A DNA stretch of 64,000 nt. Origin: Candidatus Poseidoniaceae archaeon. GTDB lineage: Archaea > Thermoplasmatota > Poseidoniia > Poseidoniales > Poseidoniaceae. A program made the translations under genes and the position numbers. This document shows, in pieces, positions 1-9,955 of this stretch. The stretch lies in the NCBI GenBank assembly GCA_965662895.1, contig CBFIJH010000001.1, forward strand, positions 164,436-228,435. The letters are read 5' to 3'. Below the pieces are notes generated by a model. It saw only the letters and a program-made list of their open reading frames with translations, ran no database searches and was not told where the DNA came from. Within the stretch, counting starts at the first letter, position 1; every line of letters begins with the position of its first letter.

Positions 1-378
1 GTCCTGATCGGATTACTGGTGCTCTTCTTACGAGGTGGAGGTGGAACCAGTCGACAACAGATGGATGATGAATGGAACAAGACGGATGCATTTTCAGAAC
101 AGATGTTGAACATGAACAGTCAGATTCCAACCTCCACAACTGCTCCAAATGCGCCTGATTTGAATGCACCAATCCTCGTATCACCACCCGCCCAAGATAC
201 GAAGATTCCGATCTATGATTTTGGCCAATCAACCATCGAAGATACGGCAAACGAACAACCATCAAGCAGTTTGATGGGAATGATGGATGCGAACGGGCGA
301 GAACACATCGAGTATCCGATGAACAGTGGACGCCTTTGGTACCGTGACAATCCAGATTCGGATTGGATTAAGAATTAG
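1..378 (+). CDS. 3' part of a membrane-anchored protein (partial): TM helix plus cytoplasmic tail
   Basis: Frame is open from base 1 (VLIGLLVLFLRGGGG...). A P/T-rich tail ends in EHIEYPMNSGRLWYR, a tail type I recall from MGII membrane proteins. Confidence 0.7.
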   Translation, partial: VLIGLLVLFLRGGGGTSRQQMDDEWNKTDAFSEQMLNMNSQIPTSTTAPNAPDLNAPILVSPPAQDTKIPIYDFGQSTIEDTANEQPSSSLMGMMDANGREHIEYPMNSGRLWYRDNPDSDWIKN

Positions 379-1294
379 ACTTGGTTCTTTTCTTTCTCAG
401 TCCTGCTGATTCAAGCAGCCGAAGGATGTGTCGATGCAACTCAGGAAGGAGTTCAAACATGGCGATGGCCATCACAAACATGGCAAACAATGAAACCACC
501 CGTGACGCATACGAATGTCCGAATTCGAACATGGACATGCCGAGGTACTCCCATCCTTCATAGGAAAGATGCATCCAAATGAGACCAGCGTTTCTGAATA
601 GATTCAGAATATGGATAATTGGAACAGTGAAAAGCAATGCTCGAATTCTTCGTTTTCGATCAACGTCCAATACGGAGATTGCCCCAATAAAGACAATCAT
701 GGATTGAAGTGCCGTACACGCAAGGACGAAATTGATGCCAATAAATCCACCATCGGCCATGACCAATTCGGTTTGGAATGGATGTTCTGCAAATCCATCG
801 GTCATGAACCACTTGTTTCCATCCCACTCGGACCACAGAAATCTGCCTTCATCCGTATTCACCCAAGTGTCACCGAGTTTGATGTCAACCGTCCCCGTAA
901 ACGAGAGAAAAATCGCTACTTGGGATGCTACAAACCAAATCGCGAGAACCGACAACCACGGGATGTGAGCAACGAGCAGGTAAGGGCCACCCGCATATGC
1001 AACGCATCCACGAGCCCAATTCAGTGCAGCACGGTCACGTTCGGTAAGTGAACGTGCCTCTGCAATCACCAAGGCTACCGAGATGGGTAGGGCAAGAGCG
1101 GTCATTATGGTCAGAACAAGATCCTCAAGTTCAAAGTAATACATCGAGTCGTTGAAAAAATAGAATCCAACGAGAATCCACCCTGCCTGAGCTTGCCTCG
1201 ATACACCGTCATTGTGACGTTTATGCCACGAAATGGCTAACAAAACCATTCCAAGGGCGCCGGCAATGGTGGCAACATTCTTGGAAAGGAACAT
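368..1294 (-). CDS. artA: archaeosortase (ArtA-like, exosortase family)
   Basis: Multi-TM protein with catalytic Cys motif VLACTALQS, NLFRNAG (Arg) and FGHSYASR. Start could also be 1318. Confidence 0.8.
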   Translation of the reverse strand: MFLSKNVATIAGALGMVLLAISWHKRHNDGVSRQAQAGWILVGFYFFNDSMYYFELEDLVLTIMTALALPISVALVIAEARSLTERDRAALNWARGCVAYAGGPYLLVAHIPWLSVLAIWFVASQVAIFLSFTGTVDIKLGDTWVNTDEGRFLWSEWDGNKWFMTDGFAEHPFQTELVMADGGFIGINFVLACTALQSMIVFIGAISVLDVDRKRRIRALLFTVPIIHILNLFRNAGLIWMHLSYEGWEYLGMSMFEFGHSYASRVVSLFAMFVMAIAMFELLPELHRHILRLLESAGLRKKRTKSNS

Positions 1295-1367
1295 GGTTCT
1301 TCCAAAACCAATCCTCATAGAAACGTTTGCCCATTAAGTCCAACAACCCGTACATTGTCCAAGTACC

Positions 1368-1982
1368 ATGGAAGGGCCAATCGTTGATGGATTTGGCTCC
1401 GCAAACGGGCCAATCGCGTTTATCGACCGGGATGGAGTTCTCAATTATGGACGGAATGGATACGTCAATTATCCTGAAGAACTGAACATCATACCTGGTA
1501 GCGGCGAGGCCATCGCCCGATTGCGTTCAGCAGGGTACGCTGTTTGTGTCGTTACCAACCAGTCACCAATTATGCGTGGATTGTGGACCATTGAACGCTT
1601 GCAAACAATTCATGATGAATTACGGAAACAATTGCTTGATGAGCATCAGGATGCAATCATCGACATCGTTCTAACATGTCCGCACCGAAGTCGTGATCGT
1701 TGCGGTTGTCGCAAACCATGGCCGGGGATGCTTGTGAAAGGGAACAACCTTCTGCGAAATGAAAAGCGAGCAAACCAACGGATTGATTGGGCTGGAAAGA
1801 AACCTGCTGGATGGCATCCATTGGATGCAATGATTGGTGATCGGAAATCCGATATGGGTGCAGGCTGGGCTGTTGGTGCTCGAACGTTTGAAGTGTTGGA
1901 CACCCAAGGGTTGCCCCAAGTCATTGACCGTGTTCTCGACGAGAATGATACTGGCGATTTCTACGACCCGATGAGGTGGTAG
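1368..1982 (+). CDS. HAD-IIIA phosphatase (GmhB/histidinol-phosphatase-like)
   Basis: DRDGVLN, VTNQS, CPH..CGCRKP and MIGDRKSD motifs. Confidence 0.85.
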   Translation: MEGPIVDGFGSANGPIAFIDRDGVLNYGRNGYVNYPEELNIIPGSGEAIARLRSAGYAVCVVTNQSPIMRGLWTIERLQTIHDELRKQLLDEHQDAIIDIVLTCPHRSRDRCGCRKPWPGMLVKGNNLLRNEKRANQRIDWAGKKPAGWHPLDAMIGDRKSDMGAGWAVGARTFEVLDTQGLPQVIDRVLDENDTGDFYDPMRW

Positions 1983-1983
1983 C

Positions 1984-3186
1984 ATCGGTTGGCTGGGATT
2001 GGACGATACGGATTCACTTGGAGGAGGCTGCACAACAGAAGTTCTGTTTAGACTTCTTCAACAACTCCCTGAACAGGTCACAACAGGTACAAAACGACTC
2101 GTTCGATTGTGGCCATTTGCACGAAGAAGAACCCGTGGAAATGCTGCGGTTGCTGTTGAATTGAACGTTAAGAACGAACAGGTTTTGTTGGAATTCTTGG
2201 AACAATTCTGGGACAGAGAAATCCTCCCGCATAAAGGCAACAAGCATGAAAGCAACCACAGTGAACGAGAACAGTTTCCTGCGGATCCTGGAATGGTCTG
2301 GTTCTCAGAAATCAAAAGGAATGAGCAATTGTACAAATCTGGCTTGAGGCGAGAACTAACCCTCAAAGATCTCCCTGTTTCGACAAAAGCATGGGGTGGC
2401 TATGGAAAAATTGGGGCGACACTTGCCGTGGTTTGGCCTGCAAATGACGTGACATACGAAGCGATAGCATGGCGAACAAAGAAGAACGCTGAAATTCGTA
2501 AAGTGGACAATCATGCTCGTGAGGTTGTTGAAGCGATGGACGAAACGTTCCTTTGTCGGGACGAACGTCTTGGAAAATCAATGCTTGCTCCACGAGGGGC
2601 ATCGCCCGTCTTGTTTGGTATTCGAGCTTGGTCAAAAAAAGCCGCAAAGCAAGCGCTTCAGGTTCTTGTGGATGCTCCGAACACTGAATCCGTTGCAGGT
2701 TCAATGATTTTCGAAACAAATCAAGCAACAAACGATCATTTGGACGATTCCATGACAATCGAAGTAGAATCAATCGAGGTTCTTCGAGGCGGTCATACGG
2801 TTCTCCAGTCCCAGAATGACCGTTTTCTTGCATTCAAGGAATCAGGAGAGCTCGCTCGGATTTGTCAATGTCTTCGTCCAGGCGACATCATCGAGTGCAA
2901 GGGTCTCCGAGCACCAGACCATTCGATCCACATTGAATTTTTGAAAATCAATCATCTCGTAGCCGAACGTACCCGCCCAAAATGTCCCCATTGCAACAAA
3001 GCATTGTCTTCCATGGGGAGAAACCAAGGATTACGCTGCAAGAAGTGTGGATTGAAGCAGGAGGATTCTTGGAAACAAAATCAGCGCGACCTACCATTGA
3101 ACACATGGATTCAACCACCACCGTCGGCTCGCCGTCATCTTGCCAAACCACTGTTGGAAGATTCAATTCGGCAAAACAATCTTTAG
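1984..3186 (+). CDS. tiaS: tRNA(Ile2) 2-agmatinylcytidine synthetase
   Basis: WLGLDDTDSLGGCTT, RTRGNAA, PVLFGIR, TNQATNDHL, C-terminal Zn ribbon CPHC..CKKC and RRHLAKP. Start is uncertain (see findings). Confidence 0.9.
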   Translation: MGWLGLDDTDSLGGGCTTEVLFRLLQQLPEQVTTGTKRLVRLWPFARRRTRGNAAVAVELNVKNEQVLLEFLEQFWDREILPHKGNKHESNHSEREQFPADPGMVWFSEIKRNEQLYKSGLRRELTLKDLPVSTKAWGGYGKIGATLAVVWPANDVTYEAIAWRTKKNAEIRKVDNHAREVVEAMDETFLCRDERLGKSMLAPRGASPVLFGIRAWSKKAAKQALQVLVDAPNTESVAGSMIFETNQATNDHLDDSMTIEVESIEVLRGGHTVLQSQNDRFLAFKESGELARICQCLRPGDIIECKGLRAPDHSIHIEFLKINHLVAERTRPKCPHCNKALSSMGRNQGLRCKKCGLKQEDSWKQNQRDLPLNTWIQPPPSARRHLAKPLLEDSIRQNNL

Positions 3187-3207
3187 CAGTCCCAAGAATA
3201 CAGGTTT

Positions 3208-3462
3208 ATGTCGGAGGAAACGACAAAAAATGTAACGGCTCTAATTCTCATCCTGGCGTTTTTAGGAATGATGATTTTCGTAGCCCTTCGAGCTCGCCAG
3301 AATCGTGAAGAAATGATGAAGAATCACGCACCAAAAGTGGCTGGTGAAGATGAGATGGAAGGTGGTGCTCGTCATCCACAACGGTTCGATGAGCCCGATG
3401 AAGAAGCGTTGGAAGAAATGGCAAAACTTCTCGGTGAAGAATCAGACGAGAATGAAGCCTGA
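3208..3462 (+). CDS. small single-TM hypothetical protein
   Basis: 84-aa ORF with an N-terminal TM helix and acidic tail, filling an intergenic gap. Confidence 0.7.
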   Translation: MSEETTKNVTALILILAFLGMMIFVALRARQNREEMMKNHAPKVAGEDEMEGGARHPQRFDEPDEEALEEMAKLLGEESDENEA

Positions 3463-4032
3463 TTCTTCAATTTTCAACCTCTTTACATCGTCTTGTAGGT
3501 CAAGAATTGTGAAGCCGTTGTCGCCTCCATAAAGAGCCCATGTTGCAAATCCTTGCTCGCTAAATTTGGTTTCTGAGCGGATTCGGTAAGGATTTACCGA
3601 ACCTGTTACATCTGTACCTGACTTTGAAATCAATAGAAGCGAGGTATCGGAATTTATCCGTTGTGCTAGATCGAAGACTGCATCAAGATGCTCCTTCTCA
3701 ATGCGTCCGGTTGGTGAACACCAATCATCGAGAATAACCAAACCAACCCGGGGTAGACTTTGCTCTGCTTCTACAATAGCATCAACGCATCGATCCATTG
3801 CACCGATGAGATTCAATGCGTGAAATCGACTGGATTGAACGATGTTTAACGAGGAAAAGAGCTGCGAAAACCTCGTGGCGTTGGGCATTTCTGGAGATGC
3901 CCACAACACACGTCCACCAGATTGTATTTCATCGACTGCAGATTGCAAACCAAATGTTGTACCTCCACAGCCACCTGCAACGGAAAGGTGAACCCTCTTT
4001 CCTTCGAGATCCAGTGAGAAACGCTCCGACAT
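3442..4032 (-). CDS. RecA/RadB-like P-loop protein with degenerate Walker A
   Basis: VHLSVAGGCGGTTFGLQ, GGRVLW and Walker B-like LVILDD. Confidence 0.55.
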   Translation of the reverse strand: MSERFSLDLEGKRVHLSVAGGCGGTTFGLQSAVDEIQSGGRVLWASPEMPNATRFSQLFSSLNIVQSSRFHALNLIGAMDRCVDAIVEAEQSLPRVGLVILDDWCSPTGRIEKEHLDAVFDLAQRINSDTSLLLISKSGTDVTGSVNPYRIRSETKFSEQGFATWALYGGDNGFTILDLQDDVKRLKIEESGFILV

Positions 4033-4068
4033 GGTTATGCCTAGGAGTCCTACAATTTGATTGCGTTT

Positions 4069-4323
4069 ATGCAAAATGCTCATGACCTCTCCCCCACTCC
4101 AATGGCCATGAGCGGCGATACCCGAAAAGGGGAGCGTATCCCACGAAGAGATCCGCCACCTTACGAAGAAGCAGATGGATTCGGCCAAGCAGTGGCCCGA
4201 GACGGCTTCTTCAAGACGGCAATCAATGACACCAATCAGTACGGTCCGATTGGCATGATGATTCTGCTCTTCATTGTCGCCACCATTACGGGTGCTGCCA
4301 TCAAGTTGTTGGAATCTCTTTGA
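4069..4323 (+). CDS. small hypothetical membrane protein
   Basis: C-terminal TM helix; start uncertain (4069, 4101 or 4108 region). Confidence 0.6.
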   Translation: MQNAHDLSPTPMAMSGDTRKGERIPRRDPPPYEEADGFGQAVARDGFFKTAINDTNQYGPIGMMILLFIVATITGAAIKLLESL

Positions 4324-4408
4324 TGGAACTGTACCTTGTGCTTGAAAATCACCCTCGGTTTCAATTTGCGAGCGATATCTTCAAACCATTTTTGGCAAAG
4401 TCTTGCCT

Positions 4409-4873
4409 ATGAGTGAAGGCTCGGTCAATGTCGAGAGTCGTACATCATCTCAAGACAAGCGCTGGACGATTATGGCAGCACTGCTTGGAACAAACACTGC
4501 AATCATGTTGTTTCAGGGTATCGAACAAGAAGCAAACCCGACACCGATACGAGAACTTGCATTAACCATCATTGCGGCGACACTGCCCTTTCAGGCAATT
4601 TACTTTCTCATCTATACCTTTCTTCTCGAAAACAACGGTTTGCTCAGTTTCCACATGGAGAAGAAGTTGAAAACTGCATCCAATGTTTGTCAATTGTTTG
4701 CTTACTTGTCGTTGATCGGAGTTGCAATGTTGTGGTACAATCTTTCGATTTATGTTGGTGTTGTCTTCTTTACATCGACTATATTTGCAATGATTCTTGT
4801 TCGATATGCCATGATGACAGACGAAGAATCCCGTGATGAGATGAGGGCGAATGCCAGTGAGCAAGGTTCATGA
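4409..4873 (+). CDS. 4-TM hypothetical membrane protein
   Basis: Four hydrophobic segments in a ~155-aa ORF. Confidence 0.7.
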   Translation: MSEGSVNVESRTSSQDKRWTIMAALLGTNTAIMLFQGIEQEANPTPIRELALTIIAATLPFQAIYFLIYTFLLENNGLLSFHMEKKLKTASNVCQLFAYLSLIGVAMLWYNLSIYVGVVFFTSTIFAMILVRYAMMTDEESRDEMRANASEQGS

Positions 4874-4895
4874 AGCCTCTTCTTGACCAGATAAT

Positions 4896-6254
4896 ATGGC
4901 CTTCTGCCCACTGGATTACCGATACGGCTGTCAAGATTTCAAGCGAATATGGTCCGAAGTCGGCCGCCATGAGCGTCAATTGGAAGTCGAGCGTGCCCTC
5001 ATATGGGCGCATTGGCAACTCGGAAGGGTCTCAGAAGAAGATTACAATGCCGTGGCAGCCATCTCAAATCCAGAATCTGTCCGAAAAGAACGGGTCGCTG
5101 AAATCGAAGCAGAAACACGACACGACATCATGGCTTTAACAAAAGCGATGGCGGAAGCGGCCGGTGATGCAGGATGGTGCATCCACCTTGGCGCAACATC
5201 CAATGATATCGTCGACACTGCCGTCGCCCTCCAACTTCGGGACAGCATTGTCCTTCTCAGGGAGCAATTGTGTCTGCTCATCGGTGTGTGCGCAGACGTT
5301 GCTGAACGTGAGCGCGATACGGTCATGCTTGGTCGTACACACGGACAGGCGGCTGTACCGATTACATTCGGTCTGAAGGCTGCGGTATGGTTGGATGAAA
5401 TGCGTCGCCAACTCGTCCGGCTCGATGAGGCTACGCCACGAATTGCCGTCGGCAAGTTCCTCGGAGCAGTTGGAACAGGCGCAGCCCAAGGGGAACATGC
5501 ACGTGAACTTCAGCGATTGATTCTCACGCATCTTGGACTCGGTGTTCCACTGGCGACAACACAAGTTGTCGGACGGGATCGGTATGTTGAGTACGTGTCA
5601 TGGTTGGCAAACGTAGCAACAACCTGTGAGAAGATTCTTCAAGAGATACGAAATTTGCAACGCTCAGAACTTGCTGAGGCTGGTGAAGGATTCGATGTCA
5701 AAAAACAAGTGGGTTCCTCAACGATGGCTCACAAGAAAAACCCAATCAAATCTGAAAACGCTTCTGGCCTCGCTCGAATTGTTCGTTCGTTCATCATTCC
5801 AACGTACGAAAATGCTCTGCTTTGGCATGAGCGAGACCTTGCAAACTCGAGCAGTGAACGATTCACATTATCGCACGGTAGCGCACTCTGCGAAGATGTG
5901 ATATCCAAAACTCGACAAGTGTTAACCAACATGTGGGTTGATGCTGAAAGGTGTCTCGAGAACATTCGTGCACAACGAGGTTTGGTGATGGCCGAGAAGG
6001 TTATGATCGATTTGGTCGAGCGAGGAATTCCAAGAGATGAAGCACATGAGATACTCCGAGAAGCATCTTTTACCGCTGTTGCGAACAAAGAAGAATTGAT
6101 CGATGTCTGCAGTCGAACGCCTGCTATTTCGGCAGCATTCAGCGCAGAAGAATTGGAAGCTATGTTTGAACCAAGCAACCACATCGGGGTATCGGGTGAA
6201 ATCGTTGATGAAGCTGTTGCGCTTGCTCGTGCAGCCATTCAGGCAACGGAATGA
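4896..6254 (+). CDS. purB: adenylosuccinate lyase
   Basis: HLGATSNDI, GRTHGQAAVP and GSSTMAHKKNP fumarase-family signature. Confidence 0.97.
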   Translation: MAFCPLDYRYGCQDFKRIWSEVGRHERQLEVERALIWAHWQLGRVSEEDYNAVAAISNPESVRKERVAEIEAETRHDIMALTKAMAEAAGDAGWCIHLGATSNDIVDTAVALQLRDSIVLLREQLCLLIGVCADVAERERDTVMLGRTHGQAAVPITFGLKAAVWLDEMRRQLVRLDEATPRIAVGKFLGAVGTGAAQGEHARELQRLILTHLGLGVPLATTQVVGRDRYVEYVSWLANVATTCEKILQEIRNLQRSELAEAGEGFDVKKQVGSSTMAHKKNPIKSENASGLARIVRSFIIPTYENALLWHERDLANSSSERFTLSHGSALCEDVISKTRQVLTNMWVDAERCLENIRAQRGLVMAEKVMIDLVERGIPRDEAHEILREASFTAVANKEELIDVCSRTPAISAAFSAEELEAMFEPSNHIGVSGEIVDEAVALARAAIQATE

Positions 6255-6895
6255 ATGTGGTACACACCTCGGCTTGCAGTATATTCTTTCTCGCCAGTGA
6301 CTTGCAAAGAGCGAAACCATATCGGTCCACCCAAAACGAACGTCTCGTACTCGCCTCCTTCACCGTCAACATTGAAACGATGTTGAATTGAGAGGTTGTG
6401 AAGTTCGTCAAGCGTTTCCGGTGTGAGAACCCTGCCCAACCAGGCATGGTCCAAACCATCGCAAGAAATTGAGGTGAACATAATCTCAAATCCTGATTCG
6501 ACCATGCCTCGAAGGTGCTCGATTGGAGTTTGGTGCCACAAGGGCGAGAATGAATGGATTCCCAGACGCTCACTCATGCATTCAAGTCGCTGTTTTTGAT
6601 AATCGGACCGCAAGGCTCCGCTGACGATGGCATCAATGTCGAGTTGTTCAAGTGCGGCCTCAAGGGTTTGAATTTCATCTTCAACCGTTCCTGAAACCGG
6701 GACGTTTATCCAAGGTATGTCGGCAAGTTTAGCTTGTTGTTCAACCCATGTTGTTGTTGGTACTTGGAACATGTGCGAATCGCCATCCTCTACCACGACA
6801 GTTACGATTCCAACAACATCCCAGCCACGACACATCGCCCACCACCATGCAGCAGAGGAATCTTTTCCCCCAGAACTGAGCACAGCGATTCGCAT
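6239..6895 (-). CDS. dph6: diphthine-ammonia ligase
   Basis: PP-loop SGGKDS, GALRSDYQ and GEGGEYET. Confidence 0.9.
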   Translation of the reverse strand: MRIAVLSSGGKDSSAAWWWAMCRGWDVVGIVTVVVEDGDSHMFQVPTTTWVEQQAKLADIPWINVPVSGTVEDEIQTLEAALEQLDIDAIVSGALRSDYQKQRLECMSERLGIHSFSPLWHQTPIEHLRGMVESGFEIMFTSISCDGLDHAWLGRVLTPETLDELHNLSIQHRFNVDGEGGEYETFVLGGPIWFRSLQVTGEKEYTASRGVYHIHSVA

Positions 6896-7035
6896 AGTTT
6901 CGCCAAGAACTTCAACTTCATGAGATTAAGGGAAAACAAGCCAAGTGTTCAAATGGGTCCTTCAATTGGATAGGATAGAGTGGTGAAGCATCACCCTCAT
7001 AAAGCGTCGAGGACGAGAAGGAATTGGTGAGATAA

Positions 7036-7758
7036 GTGCAACCGAGTGGAAGAGGATACGATCATGGAATTACGACATTTAGCCCAGACGGACGACTATT
7101 CCAAGTCGAATATGCTCGAGAATCCGTAAAGCGTGGTACAACAACGGCTGGTTTGAAATTCAAAGAAGGCGTCGTTCTTGTCTGTGACAAGCGCATCGCA
7201 TCCCGATTGATTATTCCTGAATCCATTGAAAAGATGTTCAAAATTGATGAACACGTTGGCGTGGCAACATCAGGTCTCGTAGCAGACGCCCGACAACTCG
7301 TTGCACGTGCCCGAGTCGAATCACAAATCAACCGGATCACCTATGCAGACACTGTGCCAGTCGATGTATTGGTCAAGAAAATTTGCGACTTCAAGCAATC
7401 CTTTACTCAATACGGAGGTTCTCGTCCATTCGGTACAGCACTGTTGATTGGTGGTGTTGACGATGAAGGCATTCATCTCTATGAGACGGACCCATCAGGA
7501 GCATACCAATCCTATCACGCAGGAGCAATCGGTAGCAACCGAAATACAGTTATCGAATACTTCGAAAAGAATTGGAAGGCTGGAATGACCCTGAATGCAG
7601 CAATGAAAATGGGACTTGAAGCCCTACGTTCTGCAAATGATGCCGAATTAAATCGCGAAGCGGTTGAAGTTGTCGTTGTTGATGGCAACGGATATCGAAT
7701 CCTTGACCGTGGTGAAGTCAACAAGCAACTTGATCGTCTCAAACCTCTTGAAGACTGA
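7036..7758 (+). CDS. psmA: proteasome alpha subunit
   Basis: GYDHGITTFSPDGRLFQVEYA; GTG start with upstream GGTGA Shine-Dalgarno (SD). Confidence 0.97.
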   Translation: MQPSGRGYDHGITTFSPDGRLFQVEYARESVKRGTTTAGLKFKEGVVLVCDKRIASRLIIPESIEKMFKIDEHVGVATSGLVADARQLVARARVESQINRITYADTVPVDVLVKKICDFKQSFTQYGGSRPFGTALLIGGVDDEGIHLYETDPSGAYQSYHAGAIGSNRNTVIEYFEKNWKAGMTLNAAMKMGLEALRSANDAELNREAVEVVVVDGNGYRILDRGEVNKQLDRLKPLED

Positions 7759-7793
7759 ACAAGTTCTTGTGTACCCTCAAACAAGGTGACCAC

Positions 7794-8486
7794 ATGGTCA
7801 GTCTCGATGATGCCGTGCTTGCTCGTCTGGAAAAGGGCGGTAAACGCTACGAAGCGCTCGTTGATCCAGATCTTGTTGAACAGTGGAAAGAAGATTCTTC
7901 CAGCATTGAACTGGATGAGTTCATGGCAATGGATGAAATCTTTCACGATGCACGGGCGGGTGAACGACCAACTGAAGATGCACTGATGAAAACCTTCCAA
8001 TCGCTCGATGTTGCGACCATCCTCAACATCATTCTTGATAAAGGGTCAATTCAACTCACAACCGCACAAAGAAAAGCACGCGTTGAAAACATTCGGCAAC
8101 AAATTATTCATCACATTCACAGCCAAGCCATCGACCCGAAGAGTAAGTCTCCACACCCACGAACACGCATTGAGTTGGCGCTTGATGAATCGAAGTACTC
8201 TGTCGACCCATTCAAGCGACTTGAAGATCAAGTCAAAGATGCAATTGCGAAACTGAAACCACTTATCCCTCTTAGTTTCGAATCGGTTCGGCTCGCATTC
8301 CGAATTCCAGGAAGTGCCTATGGAAGCGTGAGTCAATTGCTTCGGCCTTACCAAAAGAAAGAGCAATGGCTTGAGAACGGAGATTGGGCGTGTGTTGTTG
8401 AGTTTCCTGCAGGGATGAAAGGCGACATGATCGGTCAAGTTCTCAAACGAGCAAACGATGCGGAAGTCAAAGAATTGTCCTCATGA
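7794..8486 (+). CDS. ribosome maturation factor SBDS/Sdo1
   Basis: MVSLDDAVLARL, GSIQLTTAQR, PHPRTRIE and position in the exosome superoperon. Confidence 0.93.
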   Translation: MVSLDDAVLARLEKGGKRYEALVDPDLVEQWKEDSSSIELDEFMAMDEIFHDARAGERPTEDALMKTFQSLDVATILNIILDKGSIQLTTAQRKARVENIRQQIIHHIHSQAIDPKSKSPHPRTRIELALDESKYSVDPFKRLEDQVKDAIAKLKPLIPLSFESVRLAFRIPGSAYGSVSQLLRPYQKKEQWLENGDWACVVEFPAGMKGDMIGQVLKRANDAEVKELSS

Positions 8487-8540
8487 CAAAAGGGTGCCCT
8501 TTATCATGGGATGTCGAGTGGGCGGAATGGAGAGAAAAGA

Positions 8541-9227
8541 ATGTCCAAAGGTCAAGTTGGCGCCGAGCAGCGCCTCGTGACCCCGGGAATGGTCATCGGA
8601 CCATCATCCGGGAAGCGAGCAGGTTCTGGTACGATTGCTGAAAACAATGAATTCATTGCCACCCGATTGGGATGGCTCAATGAACAGAACGATGTCGTTT
8701 CTGTTTCGCCAATTAACAGCGCATACATGCCACGTTCAGGTGACCTTATCATCGGATTTGTGGCTGAAGTTCGCAACAATCTCTGGTTCTTCGATGTCAA
8801 CGGACCGTTCCAAGCATTGCTTCCAATGTCCCTCGCACCTTGGAAGGTTGAATTTGGTTCGACCCGACAACACCTCGGAATCGGTGACGCTGCGCTAGCT
8901 CGCATTCAGGAAGTTGATGAAACGCACAACATGGTTCTCACCATGAAGGGCGTTGGACTTCGACGCCTCAACGAAGGCGCCGTTGTCTCAATTCCAGTCA
9001 ATTTAATCGATACCATTCGGGGCCAAAACAACACCATGCTTAGCCGAATTCGTGATGCTACCAATTGTCGCATCATCGTCGGTGACAATGGTCGTGTATG
9101 GATTCACGGAGATGCAGCAGACATGCATGTTGCACGACATTTGGTTCAAACTCTCAACGAAGAGGGACACAAAAACACATTCGAAGGTGCGGTCGAAGCA
9201 CTTGAAAACGAACGAGGTGAACACTGA
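8541..9227 (+). CDS. rrp4: exosome RNA-binding subunit Rrp4
   Basis: LVTPG, YMPRSGDLIIG (S1 domain) and IIVGDNGRVWI (KH domain). Confidence 0.9.
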   Translation: MSKGQVGAEQRLVTPGMVIGPSSGKRAGSGTIAENNEFIATRLGWLNEQNDVVSVSPINSAYMPRSGDLIIGFVAEVRNNLWFFDVNGPFQALLPMSLAPWKVEFGSTRQHLGIGDAALARIQEVDETHNMVLTMKGVGLRRLNEGAVVSIPVNLIDTIRGQNNTMLSRIRDATNCRIIVGDNGRVWIHGDAADMHVARHLVQTLNEEGHKNTFEGAVEALENERGEH

Positions 9228-9955
9228 TGGGTGGATATGGAGACGTAAAATTACTACGAGAAGATGGAAAACGACTTGATGGTCGAGCAATCGATGAGAT
9301 GCGACCGGTAACGATTGAAGCAGGGGTCCTCCCTGCTGCTGATGGTTCGGCCATGGTTACACATGGACTGAACGTTGCAGTTGCAGCGGTTTATGGACCG
9401 ATGGAAGCGCACCCTCGAAAGATTCAGCGACAAGATCGTGCTGTCATTGACGTACGTTACAATATGGCACCGTTTTCAACCGGCGACCGAATTCGACCAG
9501 GATTCAATCGACGAAGCCGTGAAATCTCAAAGGTCACCGCTGAATCACTGGAATCCGTTGTTCTCGTTGAGCGCTACCCACGTTCAAAGATTCGTGTTGA
9601 AATCGAAATCCTCGCTGCAGAGGCAGGAACGCGATGCGCAGGAATCACTGCAGCATCTGTTGCTCTTGCTGACGCTGGAATTCCTATGCGAGACATGATT
9701 GTCGGTGTCGCCTCTGGTAAGATTGAGGACACGGTTGTTCTTGACCTTGACAAGGCAGAAGACAACTATGGTCAAGCCGACCTACCCGTTGGCATTCTTC
9801 CGAACACTGGCGAGATTGCTTTCCTACAAATGGATGGTGACCTTTCCATCGATGAGTACAATCTCGCAATGGAGTACAACTACAAAGCAGCCAAAGAAAT
9901 CCATGAAATCATGGTTGATGCTCTCAAGCGACGATACGAAGGAGGTGAAGCCTGA
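9227..9955 (+). CDS. rrp41: exosome exonuclease Rrp41
   Basis: RLDGR, RYNMAPFS, RRSREIS and AGTRCA. Confidence 0.96.
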   Translation: MGGYGDVKLLREDGKRLDGRAIDEMRPVTIEAGVLPAADGSAMVTHGLNVAVAAVYGPMEAHPRKIQRQDRAVIDVRYNMAPFSTGDRIRPGFNRRSREISKVTAESLESVVLVERYPRSKIRVEIEILAAEAGTRCAGITAASVALADAGIPMRDMIVGVASGKIEDTVVLDLDKAEDNYGQADLPVGILPNTGEIAFLQMDGDLSIDEYNLAMEYNYKAAKEIHEIMVDALKRRYEGGEA

